The translations under genes and the position numbers were made by a program. A stretch of 64,000 nt of DNA from Paraspadella gotoi (Eukaryota > Animalia > Chaetognatha), in contig CM119267.1 of assembly GCA_051294375.1 (NCBI GenBank), positions 18,819,439 through 18,883,438 on the forward strand, given 5' to 3'. Positions 39,587 to 53,186 of this stretch are shown here, piece after piece. Below the pieces are notes generated by a model that was not told where the DNA came from, did no database searches, and worked only from the letters and a program-made list of their open reading frames with translations. Within the stretch, counting starts at the first letter, position 1; each line of letters opens with the position of its first letter.

Positions 39587-40919
39587 CTTTTTTTTTCTTT
39601 TTTTCTTTCTTTCTTTCGTTCTTTTTTTCTTTTTTTCTTTCTTCATTTTTTGTTTTCTTCTATTCTTTTTTACAGTTTTTTTTCGCTTTTCTCATTTATT
39701 ACCTGCTTTCCATCAAACCTCTCAACATTTTTTCCTGTGCGATATTTTTTTATCCGCTTTTTTCTATTCATATTCAAGAGTCTCTCTCTCTCTCCTCATC
39801 TCTCATCTCTCTTTTAGAACGGTCTCTCCATGATCGTCAGTCTCCTCTCTCATCTCATCCTTCCTCCTTTCCTCTCTTTATTTCGTCTCTCTGTCTCCCT
39901 CTTGTCCTCCGCCGTCAATTCATTCACTCATATTTTCTACTTCTCGTCTTCCATTCGTCTTTCGCTTCGGATCTTAATTCATAATTTTTCTTTTAATGTA
40001 TGTTTTCATATCGGAAACATGGTGACATATACTGGAAAATATATAGCGCGAGACATCGAAATAAATAGGTAAACATAGCAAATGAATGGTTTGTTGCTAA
40101 CTTTTATTCATGTATAATGTATAAGTGTGTTTTAAATTAAAATTTGAAAAACTTTAAAAACATCCTAACATCCATAGCATGTATTAAGGATTTTACTTAA
40201 TTTTGTTTCTGGTTCAGTTTTTTATTTAATTTTTCTTTCATTGCTACATACATTACTTTTTCTTATGTTTTTTTACTTTAACTCTCCTATATTGCTTTAT
40301 GCTTTGTACTTTAATTAATAAATTAAACTGATTAATTCGTCAAAAACTATGCCCGAGTCTCGGGCCGAGACAGTTTCTCTAATTTTTAGTTCGGCATCTG
40401 TTGACCGAAAAACCAGCACCTGTCGTCGCACCTCACAATACTCAGACGAGTCGACGAGTACCTGCCGCTATTTGACGACGCGGCGCCAAGCACGGGTAAG
40501 CGGTGCTTGGTGAGGCAAAAACGGCGCTCGGCGATGCACAGCGACACGAGGCGATCGCGCCTTTAAAACGACGTCGCTTTGCCTCCGTGAATATTTCATT
40601 CGGGGCGGCGCGCGAAATGTCAATATGAGCTGTCACCATATCTGGCTAAAGGGAGAGAGAGAAGAGAGGGAGGGAGGAAGAAATGAGAGAGAGAGAAGAT
40701 AGGAGAGAGAACAAAAAAACAACCACTTGTTTAATTTGGGATTGAAAATCTCTGTATGGACCGTTTGGTCCAAAAGAGCAGGGCAGGAAATAGTTTTATC
40801 GATAATAGAATGAGACGATGTAATATATATTAAATTTTCCAGTATGGGATATAAACAATATCATGACATTTCCGGTAATTCAACTTAATTTTCTCCTTTG
40901 GGACTTGTTGATTCTTGTA

Positions 40920-41410
40920 AACAATTTCCCTCCCCCACTCCACCCACTCCCAGAGGTTTCGTCACTCCAACCTCAATGGGCCTCTTCTCGCGTCCCTTCG
41001 GCCGATCCTCTTCTCCATCATGGCCTCTTCTGGGTCGTGGGAGGGGAGCTCGCCCTCGCTTCCAATCCCTGCCTCGCCTGCGTCCGGCTATCGGGCGTCT
41101 CCGGCCTCACGTCCCTTCGTTGGGCGGCGCTGCGGTGTCGGGGGCTCGGAGAGCGGCTCCCGGGGCCGTCGAGGTGGGCGGTGGTTATTGCTTTTGGCGT
41201 GTGCGTGGCACCTTGCACGGGTGGGGTGACGCTGGTCTTTCGAACGTCATTCCTTCATGGCGTCTTCGGCTCGACTTTGGTCTGCACGGCGCGGGGGTTG
41301 CGAAGTCGTGCTATTTTACGTTGCCATAAAACATTTTCTTAAAAATCAGTCATATTTTTTTAAAGGTGAAAATCAGAAGAGGAAGAAAAAGCATTGACGG
41401 ACAAACGTGA
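40920..41410 (+). pseudogene. Garbled inverted copy or degenerate paralog of the GPCR-A terminal exon
   Basis: Shares CCCAGAG acceptor context, GGCCTCTTCTGGGTCGTGG (GLFWVV) and GGCGGCGCTGCGGTGTCGG (AALRCR) with 35048-35549, in the same order, with many deletions. Confidence 0.7.
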
Positions 41411-43298
41411 AAATGTTTTCTATCTGAAAAAGAATGGAATCGCCTAATAGCATTGGAATTTTTTTGGATTGAGCTGCGATGTTGCAGATTTGCATCGGTT
41501 TCCAGATTATGAACGCAGAGGAAGAGAGAGAGAGATGAGAGAGAGAGAGAGATCGAGACTGAGAGGACGAGAGTAGAGCAGAGAGAGAAAGAAATAAAAT
41601 TAAAGAGGAGGGGATTCTATCTTATCTCTCTCTCTAATATATCCTCGCTCTAGACTCATCTCTCTCTCTCTCTCTCTCTCGATACTTTTCCTCGTCTTCC
41701 GTCGTCTCTCTTCTCTCTTCTCTCTCTGTTCCTCCTATCGTTTCCCGTGATGTCAGATTGGGGCAGCGATTGTCCACTGGATCGACAAGAGCGTTTTATG
41801 AACATCGTTCATAGAATCGATCATTCCTTCATCGACAAAGAGATATCGTCATTAACACGAAGTTGTCGTTCAAACCCTCGCCTGGAGTCAATGATATCTC
41901 TTACTAAAAGCGAGGAAGGGGTTTTGGCGGAGAAAGGCAAACTCCATAAAGATTCTTTTGAAATCGGGCAGAGGGAAAAAGTTTGTTTAGCTAAATTCGT
42001 TTTTATCGAGCGATCCGGTTTTACTCCCTGGGCGAGAAATTTTACAAACACCTGATCGTTTTAAATATTAGTAATTTATAAGCTCTTCTAGTTGTATCTA
42101 TAGTAGCTATGGTTTCTTTGGCCTAACGAGATTACTTTTCCGCGTCTGGTCGGCCATCTTGTTCATTAAAATCATTTGTCAAAAAAAAAAGTGTTTTAAA
42201 TTTCGTCGTTGTACTACAAGCTCGCCGTGACGGAGGCAGAGCGATAAGAGAAAGAAAGGAGCGAGGGGGAAGGGGGGAGCGGAGACGACAAACATATAAT
42301 TTGAAACCTTGACGGCGTTTCATTTGATGAAAGGAATCTTAGAGGGGATGGAATCAGTGTACGGTCAATATTTTTTCTAATTTTAATGCGAGATTGATAA
42401 ATTGAAGGGCACTAAAATCATAATATACAATTAAGTTTCAGATTCCTTAACGTTAAAATTTAACGTGAAAATCTTTTAACCACGTTAATTTTTTTATAAT
42501 GGTTAATTGGTAAATTTTTTTAAAATTTTGATATTTTGGTAGATATATGTTGTTTTCTTAGACTTATTTATGGTTTTTAAAATATGAAATTGGTACACAA
42601 TATAATTATCCATTCATTTAATAAATAGGTCTTACTTGGCCGACTTTGGACACAGCTCTTTACAGTAATGAATACAGGCCTGCAGCTTTCAATCAGAGCT
42701 CTACCAATCCGTTTATTCACTCCCAGAGTTAGCGGCTTCGCGCTGATGATACCAGCATAACCGACGCACGAACGACGGATTGACGACGACTACTGCGACG
42801 CGAGTACTTGTGCTGGCGACACGGATCATATCTCCTGTTTGCCGAGTGTTACTACGACTGCGATTACTCTCGTCTACTTCGCTATATTTGTATGAAAACC
42901 GGCATCCATTTCTCCTTCCCGTTCTACTCTCTCTCTCTACTTCACTTTCCAGTCTATCCGTCTCGTGGTCTACTATTCTACTCTCTCTATCTCTCTCTCT
43001 CGTACTTACTCTATCTCTGTGCGATTCACATTCTCATTAAGCGAACGCCGGCACGGCGCGGGGTTATTATTCATAAATTTGCCTAGTTGTTTTTACTGCG
43101 GGATTCACGTATGGCATATATTAACCGCAAATTTTTTTTTCGTTTTCGACTTTTATTTTCCGTTTCACATCATTTAATAATAAACAAAATAAACTTTATA
43201 CAAAAAGGATATGCCTGAAAGCCGCTAGTTGAATTCACTCGAAACGAAAGCCTTTCCTTATTTCGTCATGGGAATATTACTTCGCATTATGGTAATAG

Positions 43299-43370
<72 letters not shown>

Positions 43371-43372
43371 TA

Positions 43373-43404
<32 letters not shown>

Positions 43405-44235
43405 ACTTTCTCTCTATCTCTCTCTCTCTGTTTATTTCTCGTTACATGCAGTTCGCTTGTACTTAATCAAAATCACTAAATGAAAATAAGCTTAATTTGT
43501 ACTTCAGTGACTCACTAAGATAGGATGAGCTAATAATAAGTTAGCTAAGTTAATAAAGAGTTTATTTCTACTGTCATTTCGTGCCTCTGCTTAAAATAGA
43601 GGAACGCCATCGCAGCGCCTACGTTGTTGACTCCCACTCAAGTCTCTCATCACATTTCTCAGAAATTCTTGAGGCCGCAATCGAAAAATCGCAGTAACCT
43701 ACATCGGGGTATATTTTTAGTTTCTATTTTAGTTTTTTTTTGTTTTTTTTTAATTTTTTCTCACCCGACTTAAAAATACTTTCGTATTTTTCCAACACAA
43801 CCAAAGTTGAGAGCGCATAAAACAGAGCTAAATTTACATTTCTTAATTAACAGCATAATTTTATTCTCATTTAACTCGTCTTACATTTTGTCAGTCTTTG
43901 CATATTCTAAAAGTAAAGCCCGTTTGTTTTTCGATTCTCTATTTCCTTATCTAATCTCGTCGTCGTGACTTTTCTTTTTCAATTCACTAAAACGACCCGC
44001 GATATTTTCCGATTCTTTCCTCCCTTTTATTTCGATTTCAACCTATTTTTTTTCGCAATCGAATCGCCTTCATTGTACCACTTTCTGAATCCGTTTTCTA
44101 CCCTATGTCTTCTTCCCAGTCCACCACCCGTCCCTCACTTTCACCCACCTCCATCCACTTCTTCTTCTCTCGCCGATCACTTCGCTCATCGCCCAATTAT
44201 CCCTAAGCTAAATAACGAGCTGCCTCAGTAAACTA

Positions 44236-44344
<109 letters not shown>

Positions 44345-44825
44345 CTTTTCGTTAAAATATCCCCGTGCAGGAACAAAATTGAACATGTTCGCGTTTATCC
44401 AAGTTGTACTTTTAGAATACTAGGAGTATCGGACAAAAATTCCAGTTTTAATGTCGGATGCCATACACGTCATAGTTTATTAGTGAATGTTATTCATATC
44501 AAAAGCGTTCTTGCGCACATGAGTACGTGCGTACGTGCATGTCCAAGTCAGTTTAAAAGCAGAATAATTAGATTTTATCATAAAAAAAAACCACGACAAG
44601 TACAAAATAGATCTCAAAAACCTAATTTCTGAATTTAAACTACGTAATTGGTATTAATTTTTAACTCTTCTAAAAGTTTTTTATTAAAAAAAAAAAGCTC
44701 TAACAGTAGTAGTAGTAATAGTAGTAGTAGTAGTAGTAGTAATAACCTTTAAAATAAATTTCAGCTCAGAAAACCTGACTATTCGTTCGCCTTCTCACAT
44801 TCTGACAGGCGGAAGTACAAATTGC

Positions 44826-44882
<57 letters not shown>

Positions 44883-45749
44883 TTAAGATTGGATTCTTGA
44901 CCGCGGCCAAAGATTAAGAATCTGTGTGTCCGTCTTTGGTCCCTCCGCGATTCCGTCCGGAGATGAGGAGGGAGTAAGGATTGTCAAGTGGAGGGATAGC
45001 GAGGGACAGAGAGAGAAAGAGAGAGACAGAGATACGGGGCCTAAACGGGGCAGCCGATACATACGAAGATTAGCGGCTCGATGGCTCTCCAATTAGGCCC
45101 AAATGGAGCGCGGGCTTAATCGGCCCTCGTGCATTGTTGTCGAGAGATTGGGCGCCGGCCGGGGATGGAGGGCGCCGCCACGCCGCCTCGGACGACGCCG
45201 CCCCAATTTTCGCGGGGAAATTAGGGTCGATGACTTTTCGGGCGCTGATGTCATAAACGGTTCGGTGGTATGTCATCAAAAGGGAGAAAAAGAGAGTAAA
45301 ATGGATGAGAGTTTTTAATGGTTTAGTTTATAGTTCTTCAACTAATACATCATGAAAATTATCATCGTCTTTATCGTCGGCGGAGACTCCTCTTCCTCCT
45401 CCTCCTCCTCCTCCTCATCATCATCATCATCATCATCATCATCAATCAATATGCATACATCGTCGTCGTCGTCAATCATCATCATCATCATGTCATCATC
45501 ACGATCGATCATTCATCATCGTCATCATCATCATCATCATCTAATCATGTACATCATCATCATCATCATCATCATCTTCGTCTCTGGTTCTTCCATTATT
45601 TTTCTCAGACAGTGCACGGTCATCTTTCTGAAATCCTGCTGTCGCTTTATGTGGTCATAAATTTGCCTTCATTGCTTTTTTTCGGGCTGTCTCTCTAGTT
45701 GCTAGACTGGTTTGCTTTGAATTCGTCAGCCTTTCCTTTCCTTTTTTTT

Positions 45750-45841
<92 letters not shown>

Positions 45842-45970
45842 TTCCTCCTTTCCCAAATATGGTTTGTTTGTCCGGGAGCGTTTACTCCTCAGCCATTCAT
45901 TCTCTTTAGATATCAATTCGATGCGTTTGGTCTGTCATCACACCGCTCTCCTTCCATTCTGCTTTCTTTC

Positions 45971-46032
<62 letters not shown>

Positions 46033-46187
46033 ACGGCGTTAAAGATTCTCGCCTTTTTCGTCTTCGTTCACTCCTCTCGGTCAGCGTTAAATGTCCTTTC
46101 GCTTACAGCACTTTCTCTCTCTCTCTTTATCTATTAATCCCTTGGTCAGACGCTCTGTCTGTCTTTCTATCTGTCTGTCTCTCTCTT

Positions 46188-46226
<39 letters not shown>

Positions 46227-46634
46227 TCTTTGTTTTCAAAACTCTTGGTTCTTCCATTGTTTGTTTACCGGAAGGCAAAAAAAAAAGAAGAGAAAAACCC
46301 CGTTGCGTCTCGCTCGTTTGCGGAGGATGGGAACCGGGGACAGATTTTCTCCCGGACGATCCCTTCCGGACAAAGAGGGCGACCGGGCTTAATCATCCCG
46401 CCCGCCCTTCTAAAGTCCTTGGCGGGCGTCATTGTCCGGTCGATGCCAATCGGTCGCCTCTTTCCCCCTATCCCCCTGCCGATCGTCATCCGGCAAATCC
46501 GCCTTAGGTGGTTTCAACGTTTACCGTTTCGTTTCATCGGTTCAATTGTATTAAACTAATTTCATAGTTTGACCTCTTTGTATTCGTCGTCGTTGTTGTC
46601 ATCGTCACTTGAGCTGGTACAATCTTTATTTTAT

Positions 46635-46690
46635 TTTTGTAATTTTGTAATTTTGTAATTTTGTAATTTTGTAATTTTGTAATTTTGTAA
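46635..46690. repeat. (TTTTGTAA)7 tandem repeat
   Basis: Seven perfect 8-bp units. Confidence 0.9.
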
Positions 46691-48914
46691 TTTTTATTTT
46701 ACCTTTCTTTGTCCGTGCACTTTAAGCTCAATTCAATCCATTTTGAAACACACAAATTCATTTTTTTTCGGAAAACTGTCGTCCAGGATCGCCGGAGCCC
46801 TGGTCTCGGAATCACTACGAAAAACATTTATTGACAAGACGAATAAATATAAATTAAAAAAAAATGGTCAGTCGCCGTTGTTTATTTTTTTTCGATTCTA
46901 AATAAAAACGAAAATAAACCGAATTGAACAAAACGTACGACGAAACCGAAAAAGAAGGAAGAAAAAAAAAGGAATAAAAAGGCAAAAAAACTAATTGAAA
47001 AGGCTAATAAATAAATCGATATTAAAAAATAAATCATTTCCGCGATATCGGAAGCCAGCATTCGTCAGTTATGTTACCGCCGATGGTTCATGTACTCGAC
47101 AAACGACGACGACGACGACGACGCTTTACAACGTTCGTCTCTACCAGAGAAACCGCGTCTTCTTTAATTATTCAAAATCGGTTCCCCTTTGGCATTTCCC
47201 GAGGATGAGGAAGATCGTCCTTCGTAACCGCCGTTGGTATCATTTTTTGTTGTCGATGGAGGAAACGGGTTAAGTTTTAATCGCGTCAATGATAGAAAGT
47301 TTAACCAAAGTTGATTTTATTGAGAGAAAAATAGACAAGAAGACGGTGTCAATTTTTTGATAGAATGATCAAGTACAAAAACCAATGCAATTTATTCAGA
47401 GCAAGTGGATCAACGACGTGGAAGCCCATCCGCCTATTGGACGGTTCCATTTGGCTCTTGACCAATCAGAGAGCTCGATTCCATGTTCGGTGATTTCTCC
47501 CCGAGTCTATGAACCGATTGTATCCGGTTTCACTTGATTCCATCAGCTTCTAGATCTTCTGCAATGCTTTCAAAATTCAAAGTGACGTAAAACTGCGAAA
47601 GTCTGCAGAGCAGGACCGATGTTAACCAAAAGCCTGAAAAGTGGACTAAGTCATATATTGTATCGTATAAATACTATCAATATCTACATATTTCGAAAGT
47701 TATCATATTTTTCACAAAATAAGAATTATTTAAACTGATAACAAACTTGCGGGAAATTTTATACTTTTCATAGAATTAAAACGCAAGCAAGACATTTTCT
47801 CCCCTTCCACTCATTCAATATGGCGTCGTCCACGGGCGTTGAACTTTCTCGGTAGAGAAAAAAATTATTTGCGTAAAACATCTGAAAATAATTGAATTTG
47901 ATGGCAAACATAAAAGTAGATGGAACGTCTGTGAAAAAATAATATGCAACGATGGAAAAGAAACGAAAGAACCCAATAGAACGCGGAAGAAACAGAAAAA
48001 AACGAAAAGAACGGAAAACAAAAGAAAATATCTTTAATTCGTTTCTTTTACCTTTTGTTTTTTTTTTCTCCTACTTTCCATTTTCTTTTCGCGCCATCAG
48101 AGGGAGAGATGGAGAGTTGGAAAAAGGCAACGCCTTAGTTCCTTTGAGGCAAAAAGAAAAAAAAAAGGGAAAAAAGTCGATTTTACAAAGGAGAATAACA
48201 TCACCAACAGCAACAAGGAAGACAACAGTAACTAACAAAACGGAGTCAACTTTCTCAACAGCAATGACCTTAGACGGAGGAGGAGGAAGAGGAGGAAGAG
48301 GAGGAGGAGGTGAAGGAGGAAGTTGATCAGGCGGCACCGGCTGCTGCTTCCTCCTCTTTGGCAAATCAATCGATCGAAGCCTCACTCCGTTTTTGAGGAA
48401 AAAGAAAAGAGCGAAAAAAAAAGAAAAAAAAGAAAGAAAAAAAGGAAACGGATTCTCTGATTAAAAAGTAATTTAGCCTTCATTTCCTCCCAGGACGACT
48501 TATCGACAAAAAAAAAGGAGAGGGGGTGGGGGCAGGGTAAGTAACGGGGTGAAAAGGGACAGAAGAGCTGCGAAGATTAGGACGAAAAAAAAGGGGAGAC
48601 CGAGCTAAGGAGTGACGGGGGATAAAAAGAAAAGATTTAAAAAAAGAAGAGAACAAAGGATGAAAAAAAGGAAAGAAAGAAAAGAAGGCGAGTGGGAAAA
48701 AGAAGCCGGGGAAACGATGGGGGAGGTAAATGGAAAAAGGGAGGAAGAAAGGAAAGAAAGAGAGTAGGAGGAAGAAGAGGAAAAAGAATGATTAAAAAAT
48801 AGCGACAAGAAAAGGAGGAATGGAGAGAAGGAGAGTAGGAAGAAGAAAAACAAGAACGATAATTCAAATGTGATGCGCCGCAGTGAATGACTTATCATGT
48901 GTTATTTCCGGTTA

Positions 48915-48931
48915 GTCACGTGACGACCAAT
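48915..48931. promoter_or_regulatory. E-box palindrome GTCACGTGAC with adjacent CCAAT
   Basis: Motif match about 2 kb upstream of the ARNT start codon. Function not demonstrated. Confidence 0.25.
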
Positions 48932-50836
48932 AAGGATTCAACCCGCTCTGCATCGGAATTTCGTCTTTTATTCTTTATACGATTTCTTTAAAAAACCAAA
49001 GGTAGCGCTAGTAGTCGCTTAGTTACGAGGTTCTCAGAAAAAATGACAAAAGAGCAACGAAGTGATATAAGCATAGTAAATGTAAGTGGGACAGATCGAT
49101 GGACAGACTTACCGACCGACCGACCCGCAAGTGTCTCATAGAGTTGCTCCGCGAGTACTCCCGGTGCAACTAAAAAGACTTGAAATAGCGAGTAGAGAAG
49201 GAGAGGAAAAGCAAAGAAAGAAAGAAGGAGGAAGAAAAGAATGATTTAAAAAATAGGGAAAAGAAAGGAGCAAAGGTGGAAGAAAAAAAAGACTTAAAAA
49301 TAGCGAGTAGAAGGAGAGAAGGAGGATAATGGGAAGAAAAAGAATGACTCAAAATATAGCACTGACAAAAAAAGGAGAAAGAACGAAAAAGAAAATGGCG
49401 GGAAAGAAAAAGAAGGAAGACTGACTCAAAACAAAATAAAGATGGCGACGAGAAAGGAGGAAAATGGCGGACGTAAAAAGAAATAAATACAAAGAGAGAA
49501 GAACGGGAAAGAGAGAGAGATTCTTTTGAAGAAAGCCGACGGACAAAAAAAAAAAAGAGTACGAGACAAAAGGAGAAAGAATAAAGCGAAGAGAAAAGAA
49601 ATGATGAAGATCCCAAAAAAAGCGTCAAAAACGTCTCTCCGCTTGTCCCACAAGATGTCTCTCTATTTTTTGCTCTCGCCTTTCGTCTATCTCATCTCCT
49701 CGCGCCTTTCTCTCATCTCTCTCTCTCTCTATCTCTCTCTCTCTCTCTCTCTCCTCTTCTCTCTCCTCTCTCTCTCTCCTTCTCTCTCTCTCGGGGTCGG
49801 GTGTCTGGCAACCTCGTTAACGGCGTCTTCGACGACATGGCGTAATAATTTTGAGACTGAGATTTTTTTCTTCTCTTTTTCGGCTCAAAAGAAGGAAAAC
49901 TGCAGCTAAAAGCGTCCAAAGCGTCTCTCGAGGGTTTTTTCTTTTCTCTCGTTGTCGAAAACGCTGCCGCTGACGCCTCCTCAACCGCCTAGCCTGCTGC
50001 CTTCGCTGGAGCTAACACCTACGCCGCCGAAATCGCCACGGACTTGCCCGCCACAATCGCGCGTTCCATGGACGTTCCTGCAAAGTTTCGCAACCACTGC
50101 TGTCAACTGTCGAGAGCAATTACGTTTGCAATTGCTTTGGCTTTTTTTTAGCAATAGACGTGAGAAAAATGCAAAGTCACAATCAGATTGAACAAGTTTC
50201 GCTACTTACTGAACAGAAATGCCTTCAGTCCTTCAACACAACTTCCTTCGCCAAGCCATGTCGCCTTGTCGCCACGATCACAAACCATCCGCTGCTGGAT
50301 ATCGCCTCCCCTTTCGTCTTTCTGTCTTCCGCCCAACTCGTTCTCGCTCGTCGTCGAANNNNNNNNNNCAAATTAACAAAAACATTTTTTTATGTTTAAA
50401 CTTGTTAATATTACAAATTGTATTGTAATTTTTTTTTCTTTTTTTATTTTCTTTTCTCCTTTCCGTCTTTAATTTATATATTTTTATATTCTTTTCTTCC
50501 ATCAATGGAATCACCCACGCAACTATTGACTCTCCACTAATATTATTCGGTTCCAGGTGCGCGCCGTCGTCGAAGAGAAAACCTAGCGGAGAAAAATAAA
50601 TAAAAACAATAAATAAAAAGAACAAAAAACAAAAGCGAAACAACCAGAAAAGAAGGAAGACTGCGAATTCGCCGCCATTGCTCAGTACGGCGAATTTCGA
50701 CGTTGCGGACGAAACGGCGCCAAAGTTTGATAAACAGCGCCATCTTCGGTCAGCGATATTTTTATCCGGGATAAAAAATAAGGAAAGAAAATTTATATCG
50801 TCATCATCGTCGTCGTCAACGTCGCCTTGAGGAAGG

Positions 50837-50938
<102 letters not shown>

Positions 50939-50941
50939 GAC

Positions 50942-52654
50942 ATGGCGACGGCCTCGACGGTGTCGCCGATTGGTGGACAAGGGATCGACTCTGGACGAAA
51001 GAAGAGGAAGTACGGAGGAAGCGGAGGAGCGGGTGGAGGAGGAGGAGGTGGGGGAGGAGGAGCTGGAGGAGGAGGAGGAGGAGGAAGGGACTCGGACGAC
51101 GACGACTTCGTGGGACGAGAGGGAGGGGAGGCGGGGGAGAAGGAGAGATACGTGAGCAGGGAGAATCACTGCGAGACGGAGAGGAGGAGGAGGATCAAGA
51201 TGGCGGCGTGAGTTGTGATTCTTGTGATTGTTTTATTCATTGTTTCAATAATGGTACTCTAAGCTGATAGGTATTTTAGATTAATTTTCTTGACTTGTAT
51301 TAAAAGTTTAGGAATGAAAACAAAAAAATTTCACTTGAAATCTCGTTTCACGTTAGGCTATGTTTTTCTGGGCGTCATAAGCAATACGTTATAGTCCTTA
51401 TTTATTGTTTTACGCACATCACACTGTAGTAATAAAATATCAAATCCCGTTCGCCCCAAAAAAACCCTCTTCACATTCCACGCCTTTCTCCCCAATCCCC
51501 CAGGTACTTCAACGAACTTTGCGACATGCTGCCCACCTGCAGCACCCTGGCCCGCAAGCCGGACAAGCTGACGATGCTGCGCATGGCCGTGGACCACATG
51601 AAGTCGCTCCGGGGCACGGGCAACGCCCCCAACGACGGATCCTACAAACCCTCGTTCCTGACCGACGAGGAGTTGAAGCACCTCATCCTCGAAGCCGCCG
51701 ATGGATTCCTCTTCGTCACGCAGTGCGACACCGGGAGAATCATCTACGTCAGCGACTCCATCGCCTCGGTGCTCAATTTGCAGCAGGCCAACTGGTGAGT
51801 GTCGAAGACATTGGTAAGAATTTGCAGCAGGCCAACTGGTGAGTGTCGAAGACATTGGTAAGGATTTGAAGCGGGCAGACTGGTGAGTGTCGAAGACATT
51901 GGTAAGAATTTGAAGCAGGCCAACTGGTGAGTGTCGAAGACATTGGTAAGAATTTGAAGCAGGCAGACTGGTGAGTGTCGAAGACATTGGTAAGAATTTG
52001 CAGCAGGCCAACTGGTGAGTGTCGAAGACATTGGTAAGAATTTGAAGCAGGCAGACTGGTGAGCGGCTGATGTCGGAGAAAGATCTTAATGCTTTAAGTG
52101 CATCGAGCAGCAGATAAGCGAGTGGGTAAATACAAAATGTAGCGAGATCACATCTTACCCTGTTTCTTATTGCTTAATCTTCAGTGGACTGATGGGTGGG
52201 TTTAAAAAAAAAGACATAAAAATGAGTCACAGCTTAACTTGGGGTTGAATATTGCTGAATTTAACTAAAACTTGGCCCGATTTGATACTCAATACCTGTT
52301 GAGCAGAACCTTTAAAACATTGGAACTGAATTTGGTGAACGGGTGTATCAAAGAAGAATGTAACCACTAACCAGAGATTAAAAAATGATTTGGGTAACGA
52401 GGTGACCTGTCCCCTCTCTCCTCTCCAAGGTACGGCACCAGTATCTTCGACCAGGTCCACCCAGAGGACGCGGGCAAGATCCAGGAACAACTCTCTACTT
52501 CAGAGCCGCAAAACACGGGGAGGATTCTGGACCTGAAGACGGGAACAGTAAAGAAGGAGGGACACCAGTCAGCCTCCATGAGACTCTGCATGGGGTCAAG
52601 AAGGGGCTTCATCTGCAGGATGAAGTGCGGCAACGCTCAATCTGATGCCGCGAG
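50942..52654 (+). CDS. ARNT: Aryl hydrocarbon receptor nuclear translocator (ARNT/HIF-1beta/tango), 5' exons: 50942-51207, 51504-51794, 52430-52654 (bHLH + PAS-A)
   Basis: Spliced translation [57 protein letters not shown]...[25 protein letters not shown]...[14 protein letters not shown]...[15 protein letters not shown]...[14 protein letters not shown] closely matches ARNT-family motifs. GT-AG sites and phases are consistent. Confidence 0.96.
51775..52062 (+). repeat. 44-bp tandem repeat (6 full units + 1 partial) spanning the ARNT exon 2/intron 2 junction
   Basis: Unit AATTTGCAGCAGGCCAACTGGTGAGTGTCGAAGACATTGGTAAG starts at 51775, 51819, 51863, 51907, 51951, 51995 and 52039, with few substitutions and no spacers. 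Confidence 0.95.
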
Positions 52655-52687
52655 GTATGGGGGCTGGGCCTTGGCGGGGGGGGAGGG

Positions 52688-52712
52688 NNNNNNNNNNNNN
52701 NNNNNNNNNNNN
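52688..52712. other. Assembly gap (25 N) inside ARNT intron 3
   Basis: Run of 25 n starting 34 bp after the exon-3 donor. Confidence 0.99.
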
Positions 52713-53140
52713 AAGAGATTGGGCGATGGGGGCGACTTGGAACCAAAAGGGTTTCCATGACGACCCTAAACGCGAAGTGAATTGAGAGGTGGGATTAAAA
52801 TACAGATTCTTTCGCATCACCGCGCTTGTGACTTTAAATTTTGTTGTTATTTTTTTGGTTGTTGTATATTTTTACCTTTATTTTAAGTTTTTCGTTAAGC
52901 TTTTTTTCGATGAAATTTGTTTTCGCCGTTTTTTGTTGTTGTATTTCGTCGTCGTTGCCTGTTTTTGCTCTTTTTTTTTTGTTTCGTAGTTGTTTTTCTC
53001 GTTGCGTGACGAAATTCGCCTTCTGCTGTCAGAGACAAATCGAACGAAGTGAGCGCGTATAAAAGGAAAAAAGAGGGAAGCAAAAATGGACAGAAGACAG
53101 AGAAATAGAAGGGAGAGGGAGAGAGAGAGAGAGAGCAGAG

Positions 53141-53186
<46 letters not shown>

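Noticed and set aside
45352-45660. Ser/His/Ile-run ORF
   Set aside because: Mostly (CCT)n and (CAT)n trinucleotide repeat, lacking the codon diversity seen in the Asp-rich candidate.
51775-52062. CRISPR-like regular repeat array
   Set aside because: Units are head-to-tail with no unique spacers, there are no cas genes, and the array sits in a spliced eukaryotic gene.
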